Source: an uncultured delta proteobacterium
GTDB lineage: Bacteria > Desulfobacterota > Desulfobacteria > Desulfobacterales > QNYZ01
Direction: 5' to 3'
Assembly: GCA_963845145.1 (NCBI GenBank)
Contig: CAWJQU010000004.1
Coordinates: 224,001-288,000, forward strand
Length of the DNA: 64,000 nt
Positions 9,871 to 18,356 of the stretch are shown here, one piece after another. The notes beneath the pieces were generated by a model. It did no database searches. It worked only from the letters and a program-made list of their open reading frames with translations, and was not told the origin of the DNA. The first letter of the stretch is position 1. Each line of letters opens with the position of its first letter. The translations under genes and the position numbers were made by a program.

Positions 9871-9937
9871 GTCATTTCAGTCGATCGACGGGCTGAATAG
9901 GTTGAAAGCAGATGGTTATATAACCATAAATAGTGAT

Positions 9938-10095
9938 AAGCGGTTTCAAAAAAGGTGGGGCTGGGTGCGATTGAAACGGACTTTTTAAATTAACCGAATG
10001 GAATTGTAGGATGATTCGGATGCTGACTTTTCAAGTCCAAGGTTAAAATCGGGTCAATATCGCGCCATGCATCTACCCCGAGTTTGAAACCGCTT
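9938..10095. repeat. Intergenic inverted-repeat (MITE/REP-like) element
   Basis: Perfect 13-bp terminal inverted repeat AAGCGGTTTCAAA / TTTGAAACCGCTT with partial internal pairing. Confidence 0.5.
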
Positions 10096-10121
10096 TCAGG
10101 ATTGAATAAGGGAGGATATCG

Positions 10122-10559
10122 ATGGCTAAAGTGCTGATCGTATTTGCTACAAGAACCGGTGAAACAGAAGAGATTGGGAATGTCGTTGCCGAAGGTCTAC
10201 GCCTCGCCGGTGCCGAAGTCTCCATGCGCAAAATCAGTGAAATTAACAATGAGTCTGAGGTAAATGGCTACGATGGCTACGTTTTTGGCGCCCCGACATA
10301 CCATGGTGACATGATTCAGGGGATGAAAACGTTTCTCTTCCTTGCCGAAAAAGCCGAGTTAGAAGGCAAGGTCGGGGCTGCCTTCGGTGCCTTTGGGTGG
10401 AGTGGCGAAGCGCCGGACCGGATTTTTGATACCATGAAAAATATTTATAAAATGGACATGGTCAGTGGTCCCCTGCGTCTGAAATCGACATCACTGGGCG
10501 GCGGGATTCAGATGGCCCAGGATTACGGGAAGGAGATTGCCACAAAGATTGGCGGTTGA
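10122..10559 (+). CDS. Flavodoxin-domain protein
   Basis: TRTGET, GAPTY and FGAFGWSGEA motifs (FprA-type flavodoxin); GGAGG RBS. Confidence 0.9.
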   Translation: MAKVLIVFATRTGETEEIGNVVAEGLRLAGAEVSMRKISEINNESEVNGYDGYVFGAPTYHGDMIQGMKTFLFLAEKAELEGKVGAAFGAFGWSGEAPDRIFDTMKNIYKMDMVSGPLRLKSTSLGGGIQMAQDYGKEIATKIGG

Positions 10560-10603
10560 TCTCATTTTTCATTTCTATTCTAATTAAACAAAAGGAGAGG
10601 AAA

Positions 10604-10789
10604 ATGACAACACCACAACACTGCCCAGGTTTTCAACAGCATAAAAGTCTAAAGAGCTTTATGTGCAAATGCCCGGAATGTGGGGAGGAAAAAGAGGTCT
10701 TCTCCGATGAATTTGAAAAAGCGCATCTGTGTACCAAGTGTGGTAAAGAGATCGATTTTACCCAATGTAAATTGGATGCCGGAGTGTAA
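10604..10789 (+). CDS. Small Cys-rich zinc-ribbon-like protein, 61 aa
   Basis: AGGAGAGG RBS before ATG 10604; HCPG, CKCPECG and CTKCG motifs. Confidence 0.75.
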   Translation: MTTPQHCPGFQQHKSLKSFMCKCPECGEEKEVFSDEFEKAHLCTKCGKEIDFTQCKLDAGV

Positions 10790-10872
10790 GTTAATGGTGT
10801 TTTCCCGGATCGTTGTCGGGCACCGCCTTTAATAGAATTTTATAAGATCAAAATGAACTTAAGGGAGCTCCA

Positions 10873-12186
10873 ATGGATGTTGTGATGTTGTCGCGGCTTC
10901 AATTTGCCGCCGCCACCATGTTTCATTTCCTTTTTGTCCCTTTGACGCTGGGATTGTCCATAATCACGGCGGTGATGGAAACGAAATACGCTACCACCGG
11001 TGATGAGGTTTACCTGCGAATGACAAAGTTCTGGGGTAAGCTGTTTCTCATCAACTTTGCCGTCGGTATCGTGACCGGGATTACCCTGGAATTTCAGTTT
11101 GGGACAAACTGGTCGCGCTATTCTGCTTTCGTGGGGGATATCTTTGGATCGCTACTGGCCATTGAGGCCACCCTGGCGTTCTTTTTAGAATCGACCTTCA
11201 TCGGGGTGTGGATCTTCGGCTGGAAGAAATTGTCCGCCAAGGCCCATGCGACGGTCATGTGGCTGATTGCCGCGGCCAGTAATATTTCCGCTATCTGGAT
11301 TCTGACCGCCAACGGGTTTATGCAACACCCCGTGGGGTACACCCTTCGAAACGGGCGGGCCGAATTGACCGATTTTGCAGCCGTTTTGTTTAATAAATTT
11401 TCGATGTTGCAAATTATGCATATGTTCGGCGCGGCCATCCTACTGGCGGCATTTTTTGTTATGGGGGTCAGCGCTTATCACCTCTTGCGCAAACAGCACA
11501 TACGTGTTTTTGAAAAATCATTTCGCCTGGCTTTGGTGTTCGGCCTGGTTGCCTCGATTTTTACCGTCATTAATGGTGATTGGCACGCGGTCCATGTCAC
11601 CGAGACCCAACCGGCTAAATTGGCGGCGATGGAATCTCATTGGGAAACGACTACCCAGGCGCCTATTATTCTCTTTGCCATCCCGGACGAAGAGAATGAG
11701 CGCAATGCGGTCGAAATCGGCCGTCTGCCGGGAGCGTTGAGTTTTTTGGGACATCACGACTTTAATGCCGAGGTTACAGGTTTAAAAGATATCCCCAAAG
11801 ACGAACGACCGCCGGTTCTACCGACATTTATCTCATTTAGAACGATGGTGGCTCTGGGTACACTTTTTCCGCTGCTCATGATCATCGGCTGGATTAAACG
11901 AAAGAAGCTAATCGAAAGCCCGCTTTACTTGAAGGCCATGCTCTTCGCCATTCCCCTGCCCTACATCGCCATTCAAATGGGGTGGGTCCTGGCGGAAGTC
12001 GGCCGGCAGCCGTGGATCGTGTATGGGTTGATGAAAACAAAGGATGCTGCTTCGCCCATTGCCACTTCGCAGGTCGCCATGTCGTTGATTGCGTTTGTAT
12101 TGGTTTATAGCTTGCTCGGTATTGTCGGGTTTTACTTAATCATAAAAAACGCTAAAAAAGGCCCTGAACCGGAGGTTGCGGGATAG
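10873..12186 (+). CDS. cydA: Cytochrome bd quinol oxidase subunit I
   Basis: FHFLFVP, EFQFGTNW, QPAKLAAME and EVGRQPW motifs. Confidence 0.97.
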   Translation: MDVVMLSRLQFAAATMFHFLFVPLTLGLSIITAVMETKYATTGDEVYLRMTKFWGKLFLINFAVGIVTGITLEFQFGTNWSRYSAFVGDIFGSLLAIEATLAFFLESTFIGVWIFGWKKLSAKAHATVMWLIAAASNISAIWILTANGFMQHPVGYTLRNGRAELTDFAAVLFNKFSMLQIMHMFGAAILLAAFFVMGVSAYHLLRKQHIRVFEKSFRLALVFGLVASIFTVINGDWHAVHVTETQPAKLAAMESHWETTTQAPIILFAIPDEENERNAVEIGRLPGALSFLGHHDFNAEVTGLKDIPKDERPPVLPTFISFRTMVALGTLFPLLMIIGWIKRKKLIESPLYLKAMLFAIPLPYIAIQMGWVLAEVGRQPWIVYGLMKTKDAASPIATSQVAMSLIAFVLVYSLLGIVGFYLIIKNAKKGPEPEVAG

Positions 12187-12263
12187 ACCGATTCTGCTTT
12201 TATAAGTAGGAAAGGCAACGGTTACTTGCTATTAAACGATAATCTAGCAAAGAGAGAGATACG

Positions 12264-13292
12264 ATGGATTTACAAGCGATCTGGTTTTTTTTGTGGGGAT
12301 TGTGCTGGGCGCTCTTTTTCATTACCGATGGCTTTGATTTTGGTATTGGAACGCTGTTGCCGTTTTTGGGCAAGGATGAAAATGACCGCCGGGTGATGAT
12401 CAATGCCATGGGGCCCCTTTGGGACGGCAATGAAGTGTGGCTGATCACCGCCGGTGGTGTAACTTTTGCCGCCTTTCCGATAGTCTATGCCGTGATGTTT
12501 TCATCTCTTTATACGGCCTTGATGTTGATTCTGTTTGCCTTGATTCTACGCGGGGTTTCATTTGAATTTCGTGGCCATGTGGACTCATTGGCCTGGAGAA
12601 AAGTATGGGATACCACTCTTTTCATCGGCAGCTTTGCTCCGGCGCTACTTTTCGGTGTGGCCTTTGCCAATATTTTTAAAGGCATCCCCATCGATGCCGA
12701 CGGCGTTTTTCAGGGCAACCTGTTTACGCTGCTCAATCCATACGGGTTGATGGGTGGTATTCTTTTTGTGGTGCTATTTTTGGTGCACGGCAGTCTCTGG
12801 TTGGCCATTAGAAGTGAAGGCGCGTTACACGCTAGAGTCGTGGGTCTGGTCAATAAGTTGTGGATAGCAGAAGTGATCGTGGCGGTTATTTTTCTGGCGG
12901 CAACATATGTGTTTACGCCGCTATATAATAATTATCTGGCTCATCCTGTCCTGTTCATTGTTTGCGTGATCACCGTTGGCGCCTTAATGGCGATTAAACT
13001 CTTTTTACAAAAGGCCGCTTACTTCAAAGCCTGGTTCGCATCGGCAGTGACCATCCTTGGGGTGACCTTTTTCGGCATTATCGGTCTGTTTCCCAATATG
13101 TTTCCGTCCAGTCTCGACCCGGCTTTCAGCCTGACAGCCCGCAACGCGTCATCCAGCCCGCTGACCTTGAAAATCATGCTGGCTGTGGTCGTGATGTTTC
13201 TGCCCATTGTCCTGGCTTATCAGATCTGGACGTATAATCTTTTCAAGGGGAAGATCAGTATAGAAGAACTGGCCGAAGAAGAAGCCCACTAG
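12264..13292 (+). CDS. cydB: Cytochrome bd quinol oxidase subunit II
   Basis: DGFDFG and WDGNEVW motifs; multiple TM helices; follows cydA. Confidence 0.97.
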   Translation: MDLQAIWFFLWGLCWALFFITDGFDFGIGTLLPFLGKDENDRRVMINAMGPLWDGNEVWLITAGGVTFAAFPIVYAVMFSSLYTALMLILFALILRGVSFEFRGHVDSLAWRKVWDTTLFIGSFAPALLFGVAFANIFKGIPIDADGVFQGNLFTLLNPYGLMGGILFVVLFLVHGSLWLAIRSEGALHARVVGLVNKLWIAEVIVAVIFLAATYVFTPLYNNYLAHPVLFIVCVITVGALMAIKLFLQKAAYFKAWFASAVTILGVTFFGIIGLFPNMFPSSLDPAFSLTARNASSSPLTLKIMLAVVVMFLPIVLAYQIWTYNLFKGKISIEELAEEEAH

Positions 13293-13444
13293 TGCGCCAC
13301 TTGTAGTAAAAAGTTTTTGAGTGGGCGACTATGGGCATAAGCTATCATTAGCCGGTAAGGGGTTCATGCGTCTAACATCCGCCTGCTTTAAATTTGAGCG
13401 TTTATGGCTCATTTAATATTCTGACTTATATGGAGTCGTTGTTT

Positions 13445-13801
13445 ATGATGATATTACGAAGGTCGATTTTCGCTGCGATAAGCTTGGTGTTGGTTGTGAT
13501 CTTTTCAGTGGCGATTGTTGGGGCTATGAATCAGGGTGCCGCGGAAATAACCCTGGCCGGTGGCGAGCGTGGGGAAGTGTTGTTTCCGCATCACCAGCAT
13601 CAAAAAATGTTGGGCGATTGTAACCTCTGCCACGATCTATTCCCGCAGATCCCGGGGGGTATAGCGAAGCAAAAGGCTGAAGGGGCGCTGAAACAGAAAC
13701 AGGTGATGAACAAAAAATGTATCGCCTGCCACCGAAAAATGAAAAAAGCCGGCCAGGCGAGTGGGCCGGTTTCCTGCAAAAAATGCCATAAATCGAAATA
13801 A
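13445..13801 (+). CDS. Periplasmic trihaem cytochrome c (c3/c7 family)
   Basis: Signal peptide; FPHHQH; haem motifs CNLCH, CIACH and CKKCH. Confidence 0.85.
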   Translation: MMILRRSIFAAISLVLVVIFSVAIVGAMNQGAAEITLAGGERGEVLFPHHQHQKMLGDCNLCHDLFPQIPGGIAKQKAEGALKQKQVMNKKCIACHRKMKKAGQASGPVSCKKCHKSK

Positions 13802-13810
13802 GGTCGACAC

Positions 13811-14779
13811 ATGCTGGTTTTAGGTTTACAGGGTAGTCCCCGCAAAAAGGGCAATACACACTATTTATTGAACCGGTTTCTTGAAGAGTCTGCTAATCTT
13901 GGTGCGCGGACTATTATGGTGGATGCGGAAAAGCGGAATATTCTTCCCTGCCGGGAACTGACGGCTTGCGAACGCAAAGGCTTTTGCCCGATTAAAGACG
14001 ACATGAAAGATGAGGTCTACGCACTCATCCAGGAAGCTGATGTGATTGTCGCCGCCACACCGGTATTTTTCTATAATATGACCGCCCAGCTAAAAGCGTT
14101 GATTGATCGCTGTCAGTTGTTTTGGGCCCGAAAATATAGATTTAAACTCAAAGAGGCCGGTGTCGGGCAGCGGAAAGGCTTTCTCCTCAGTGTGGGCGCC
14201 AGCCGGGGCAAACAGCTTTTTGAGGCCATCGAACTGTCCATCAAATATTTTTTTGATGCCGTATCGGCCAGTTATGAGGGCGGCCTGACCTACCGGGGTG
14301 TGGAAAACGTCGGGGATATGGCGGCGCATGCAACGATGGAAAAAGATGTGCAACAGGCTGTTGGAAAACTGGTTAAGCCCCTGGTCAATCGTAAAAGGAT
14401 TCTGTTTGCCTGCCGGGAAAATGCCTGCCGCAGCCAGATGGCCGCGGCCTTTGCCCGTTATTTAGGTGGGGATAAAATTGATGCCATGAGTGCGGGAAGT
14501 CAGCCCGCAAAATCGGTGAATCCCGTTATGCAGGCAGTCATGGCCGAAAAGAAAATCGACCTTGCTTTTGCCCGAACCCGGTCACTTGAAGAGGCGATTT
14601 CGCAACACTCGCCGGAAATGATCGTGACAATGGGCTGCGGTGAAGCCTGCCCGGTCCTGCCTGGCGTAAAGGTAGAAGATTGGGAGTTGCCGAACCCGGC
14701 GGATCAACCTGAGCAAGTGATGCGAGATGTTCGAGAAGAAATAGAAGCGCGTGTTACGGAATTAATTAACCAAATTTAA
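13811..14779 (+). CDS. Iron-sulfur flavoprotein / FMN-reductase domain fused to an ArsC / LMW-PTP domain
   Basis: N-terminal GSPRKKGNT, a Cys cluster, ATPVFF and LKALIDR; C-terminal CRENACRSQMA and TMGCGEACP. Confidence 0.85.
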   Translation: MLVLGLQGSPRKKGNTHYLLNRFLEESANLGARTIMVDAEKRNILPCRELTACERKGFCPIKDDMKDEVYALIQEADVIVAATPVFFYNMTAQLKALIDRCQLFWARKYRFKLKEAGVGQRKGFLLSVGASRGKQLFEAIELSIKYFFDAVSASYEGGLTYRGVENVGDMAAHATMEKDVQQAVGKLVKPLVNRKRILFACRENACRSQMAAAFARYLGGDKIDAMSAGSQPAKSVNPVMQAVMAEKKIDLAFARTRSLEEAISQHSPEMIVTMGCGEACPVLPGVKVEDWELPNPADQPEQVMRDVREEIEARVTELINQI

Positions 14780-14808
14780 AACGCTAAAAAAAGCAAAGGA
14801 GGCAACAC

Positions 14809-14967
14809 ATGGACAAGTATGTTTGTACAATTTGTGGGTATGTTTACGATCCCGAACAGGGTGATTCCGATGCCAATATCGCGGCAGGTACGTCTTTTGA
14901 CGATCTTCCCGACGATTGGGAATGCCCGGTCTGTGGGGCCGGGAAGGAAGATTTCGAAAAAGAGTAA
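14809..14967 (+). CDS. rub: Rubredoxin, 52 aa (not in the ORF track)
   Basis: AGGAGG RBS. Translates [52 protein letters not shown]. Confidence 0.97.
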   Translation: MDKYVCTICGYVYDPEQGDSDANIAAGTSFDDLPDDWECPVCGAGKEDFEKE

Positions 14968-15099
14968 GTGTGACGCCAAATCATTTTGTTGTTTGGGTCT
15001 TGGCATGCCCTTTCAGGTGTCGGTAGTATTCGTCCGCTTGAAAGGGCATGTCTGATTGGTCTTAACGATATTTCAACATCTCACAAAGAAGAGGGAAAA

Positions 15100-16293
15100 A
15101 TGAAACCGGTAGAAATCGCCCCAGGTATATTTGAGGTGGGGGTTAATGACTGGAATATATCCGATTTTCATGGCTACTCGACGCCATTTGGATCTAGTTA
15201 CAACGCCTATCTGATAATTGACGAAAAGATTGCATTGATTGATGTGGTAAAGGATAAAGGACATTTCCCGGAAGAACTGCTAAATAATATTGCCCAGATC
15301 GTGGCGCCCGAAAAGATCGACATCATAATAAGTAATCATACTGAGATGGATCATACCGGAGGCCTCGATAAAGTATTACGGGCGGTTGGAGAGGATACCC
15401 CCATCGTCTGTTCAAAAATGGGTAAAAAAGGTTTATCAAATCATTTTCACCGGGATTGGAATTTTCAGGTCGTGGGAACCGGAGACGAGCTGAGCTTGGG
15501 TAAACGGACCCTGACGTTTCTGGAGACCCGTATGCTGCATTGGCCGGATAGCATGTATACCTATGTAAAAGAGGATAAAATTCTTTTCTCCAGCGACTCC
15601 TTTGGGCAGCATTATGCCGGTAATGAAAAATTCGATGATGTCATCGGTGATGCGATTATGCCCCACGCTAAAAAGTACTATGCCAATATTTTGATGCATT
15701 TTTCGCCACAAGTGCTCAAAATCGTTGATACGGTAACGAAAATGGGACTTGAATTCAACATGATATGCCCGGATCATGGGGTCATATGGCGAACGGACCC
15801 CCAAAAAATTATCGATGCGTATGTCCGCTGGGCAAACCAGGAGCGGGTTAAAAAAGCCGTGTTGGTCTATGACTCCATGTGGGAGAGTACCGAAGTCATG
15901 GCCAATGCCATTGCCTCCGGAATCAATGACAAAGGGGTTGAAGTGCGGCCCATGACACTTCGCAAATGGCATCGTAGTGATGTGATGGCGGAAATTTTGG
16001 ATGCTGGGGCGGTAATCGTGGGATCTCCGACATTAAACAACAATATTTTCCCCACGGTTGCAGATATGCTGATTTACATGAAAGGGTTGCGACCCCTAAA
16101 TAAGCTCGCGGCGGCCTTCGGTTCCTATGGCTGGAGCGGTGAGGCTGTGAAGCAGATTAATAAGGAATTCGAAGCCATGAAGCTCGAGATTATGGACCCG
16201 GGCCTGCGCATCCAGTTCGTACCCGATAATAAAGGCCTGGAAGAGTGTTATGTCTGGGGTCAAAAAATTGGAGATGCCATTATTGGTGAATAA
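15100..16293 (+). CDS. fprA: Flavodiiron protein (FprA / rubredoxin:oxygen oxidoreductase type)
   Basis: NHTEMDH, LHWPDS, SSDSFGQH, PDHG and a C-terminal flavodoxin FGSYGWSGE. Start at ATG 15100. Confidence 0.93.
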   Translation: MKPVEIAPGIFEVGVNDWNISDFHGYSTPFGSSYNAYLIIDEKIALIDVVKDKGHFPEELLNNIAQIVAPEKIDIIISNHTEMDHTGGLDKVLRAVGEDTPIVCSKMGKKGLSNHFHRDWNFQVVGTGDELSLGKRTLTFLETRMLHWPDSMYTYVKEDKILFSSDSFGQHYAGNEKFDDVIGDAIMPHAKKYYANILMHFSPQVLKIVDTVTKMGLEFNMICPDHGVIWRTDPQKIIDAYVRWANQERVKKAVLVYDSMWESTEVMANAIASGINDKGVEVRPMTLRKWHRSDVMAEILDAGAVIVGSPTLNNNIFPTVADMLIYMKGLRPLNKLAAAFGSYGWSGEAVKQINKEFEAMKLEIMDPGLRIQFVPDNKGLEECYVWGQKIGDAIIGE

Positions 16294-16368
16294 CATGGCG
16301 ATACGATTGCGGCGGTACATTGAAATCATGTACCGTCGTTTGACCTTTGTTTTGCTGGAGCCCAGCCA

Positions 16369-16560
16369 ATGAGAAGACCGGTTGTCGACATGGGCCCCTG
16401 TTCGCTATGTGAAAGCTGCGTGGCGGTCTGTCCGTCGGTTTTTTCCATCAGCGACGCAGGAATCGTCGAAATTGCCGAATTGGCGGTTTATCCCGAAGCG
16501 GACGTCGACGAGGCCATCAAATATTGTCCGGAAGATTGTATTTTCTGGGAAAACGATTAA
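16369..16560 (+). CDS. Monocluster ferredoxin
   Basis: CSLCESCVAVCP..CPEDCI; 63 aa; GGAG RBS. Confidence 0.88.
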   Translation: MRRPVVDMGPCSLCESCVAVCPSVFSISDAGIVEIAELAVYPEADVDEAIKYCPEDCIFWEND

Positions 16561-16574
16561 AAGCGGGTGGATCA

Positions 16575-16922
16575 ATGAAAAAAATGGCGCTATTTGTATT
16601 TAACGGCGACCCGATGTGTTTTATTCATGTGCTGCTAAATGCGTTGGATATGAACGATAAGGGCTATGAAGCTAAAATCATTGTGGAAGGAGCCGCCACC
16701 CAATTGATCCCCGAATTGTTCAAGCCGGACAATCCGCTTCATCCCCTTTGGAAAAAGGCCCTCAGCGCCGGCCTTGTGGCCGGTGTGTGCCAGGCCTGCG
16801 CCGGCAAAATGGAAACGCTTGATGCCACCAATAAAGCGGGAATCCCCCTGTTGGCCGACATCGCCGGCCATCCCGCTATGGCACGCTATCGGGATGATGG
16901 CTATGAGATTATCTCTTTTTAA
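16575..16922 (+). CDS. DsrE/DsrF-like protein
   Basis: MCFIHVLLNAL, IIVEGAA and VCQACA motifs; C-terminal GYEIISF typical of the DsrE fold. Confidence 0.7.
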   Translation: MKKMALFVFNGDPMCFIHVLLNALDMNDKGYEAKIIVEGAATQLIPELFKPDNPLHPLWKKALSAGLVAGVCQACAGKMETLDATNKAGIPLLADIAGHPAMARYRDDGYEIISF

Positions 16923-16932
16923 AAGGTGATCC

Positions 16933-17604
16933 ATGCATGAACAGCGGCTCTCCGGTCGGCAATTGAAAGCCAAATTCCTGACCCTTTTTCAACAGGGTGG
17001 CTTCAGCCATGCCTTGGACGAAATTGGGCGTTTTCCCCACCGTCAAGCGGTAAATCCCCTTTTCTCCTTTTTCTACCATCAAGATGAAATGATCCGCTGG
17101 CGGGCCATTGTGGCCATGGGCGAGGTGGTCTCTCAATTGGCCGTAATCGACCTGGAATCAGCGCGGGTGGTTATGCGGCGACTGATGTGGAATTTAAACG
17201 ATGAATCCGGTGGTATCGGGTGGGGGTCTCCTGAAGCCATGGGGGAGATTTTGGCCCGCAGCCAACTGCTGGCCGATGAATTTGCGCACATTCTAGTATC
17301 GTACATTCGCGAAGATATGAACTATCTCGAACACGAAAAACTTCAGCAGGGTGTCCTTTGGGGGTTGGCGCGCCTGGCTGAAATACGGCCGAATTTAATA
17401 CGGTCCGCGGGTCCATATCTGGTTCCCTATATGAACGCATCGGATCCAATCAAGCGAGGTTTGGCGGCTAAAACCGCAGTGGCCATTGGCGTTAAAGCGG
17501 TACAGAAGGCACTTACCCGCTTGGTCGATGATTACACTCCGGTCCGTATCTTTATCACCGGCCAAATGGAGGAAACGACAGTGGCAGCTTTGGCTGTCCC
17601 GTAA
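16933..17604 (+). CDS. HEAT-repeat protein (DVU0298-like)
   Basis: RRLMWNLNDESGGIGWGSPEAMGEI and helical repeats. Confidence 0.7.
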   Translation: MHEQRLSGRQLKAKFLTLFQQGGFSHALDEIGRFPHRQAVNPLFSFFYHQDEMIRWRAIVAMGEVVSQLAVIDLESARVVMRRLMWNLNDESGGIGWGSPEAMGEILARSQLLADEFAHILVSYIREDMNYLEHEKLQQGVLWGLARLAEIRPNLIRSAGPYLVPYMNASDPIKRGLAAKTAVAIGVKAVQKALTRLVDDYTPVRIFITGQMEETTVAALAVP

Positions 17605-17646
17605 AATTTTCTTGTGACCGACCGTCACATGACGATTCTAACTCGC

Positions 17647-17841
17647 TCAGGAAAATCCACTGGGCGCACTTGGGGCACACGCACTGCTACCCGAGCCGCC
17701 TAAAAAGCTGGCACAACTCATCAGCCGGGTGATCTTGCTTTCACCACACTCGGGACATTCACCGGGCGCGTCATTTTTAGTTAATACTAAATATTCAAAA
17801 GCATGGCAGCAGGCTTCACATTGGTATTCATATAACGGCAT
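17647..17841 (-). CDS. FmdB-family zinc-ribbon protein (possible Sec readthrough to 17638)
   Basis: MPLYEYQCEACCHAFE..CPECGE; ends in TGA followed by a stem-loop. Confidence 0.85.
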   Translation of the reverse strand: MPLYEYQCEACCHAFEYLVLTKNDAPGECPECGESKITRLMSCASFLGGSGSSACAPSAPSGFS

Positions 17842-17855
17842 AGTGATGACCTTTT

Positions 17856-17997
17856 GAGCCACTTTCAAAACGTCCCAGTTCGCCCAATCTCCGCGTCTGA
17901 CTCAAATTTTAATCCTCGAAATACCCAATGTATTCCTCTGGTTAAAATTTTCGCCATCCTTGACCTTGAACAAACTGAAACGTTTTGAAAATGGCTC
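17856..17997. repeat. MITE/REP-like intergenic element, copy A (142 bp)
   Basis: 27-bp imperfect terminal inverted repeats (GAGCCACTTTCAAAACGT..ACGTTTTGAAAATGGCTC); closely similar copy at 19413. Confidence 0.85.
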
Positions 17998-18009
17998 TTT
18001 TTTATAAAA

Positions 18010-18213
18010 TTATTTAAACGCTTCACCGGGTTTTAAGCCGATGCCCTTGAGGATTTTGGCCATCGGGCAAAATCCTGAAAACGAAGCCTGAAACATGTTG
18101 GCCCCGACAAAGGCGGTAAACCAAAGCCAGTTAAGGTTGTGAAAAACAGCCAGAATAACGCTGGTTATTATAAAAGCACCGGCGACAGCAAAAACAAGGC
18201 GATCAATATTCAT
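18010..18213 (-). CDS. DUF2892 / YgaP-like small membrane protein
   Basis: Two TM helices; [18 protein letters not shown]. Confidence 0.85.
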   Translation of the reverse strand: MNIDRLVFAVAGAFIITSVILAVFHNLNWLWFTAFVGANMFQASFSGFCPMAKILKGIGLKPGEAFK

Positions 18214-18356
18214 CTTTTTTCCTTTCTTCATTCATGCTAAAACAATATGCACGGATCGTAAAGGAGTTCAATGCGATTGTAATATGAAGAGCCGGCTTTT
18301 GTTTTTTGGTTACATTTTTTCAGGAATATGATTGGACCAAGCGGGTCAAGGTTTGA

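Noticed and set aside
9868..9900. TGA stop of the rubredoxin-like ORF followed by a hairpin, a possible SECIS
   Set aside because: The loop is only about 12 nt from the UGA, the codon is not in a Cys-type motif, and the extension has no recognisable features.
9755..9988. 77-aa ORF in the track
   Set aside because: It overlaps the better-supported rubredoxin-like gene in another frame and runs into a repeat element.
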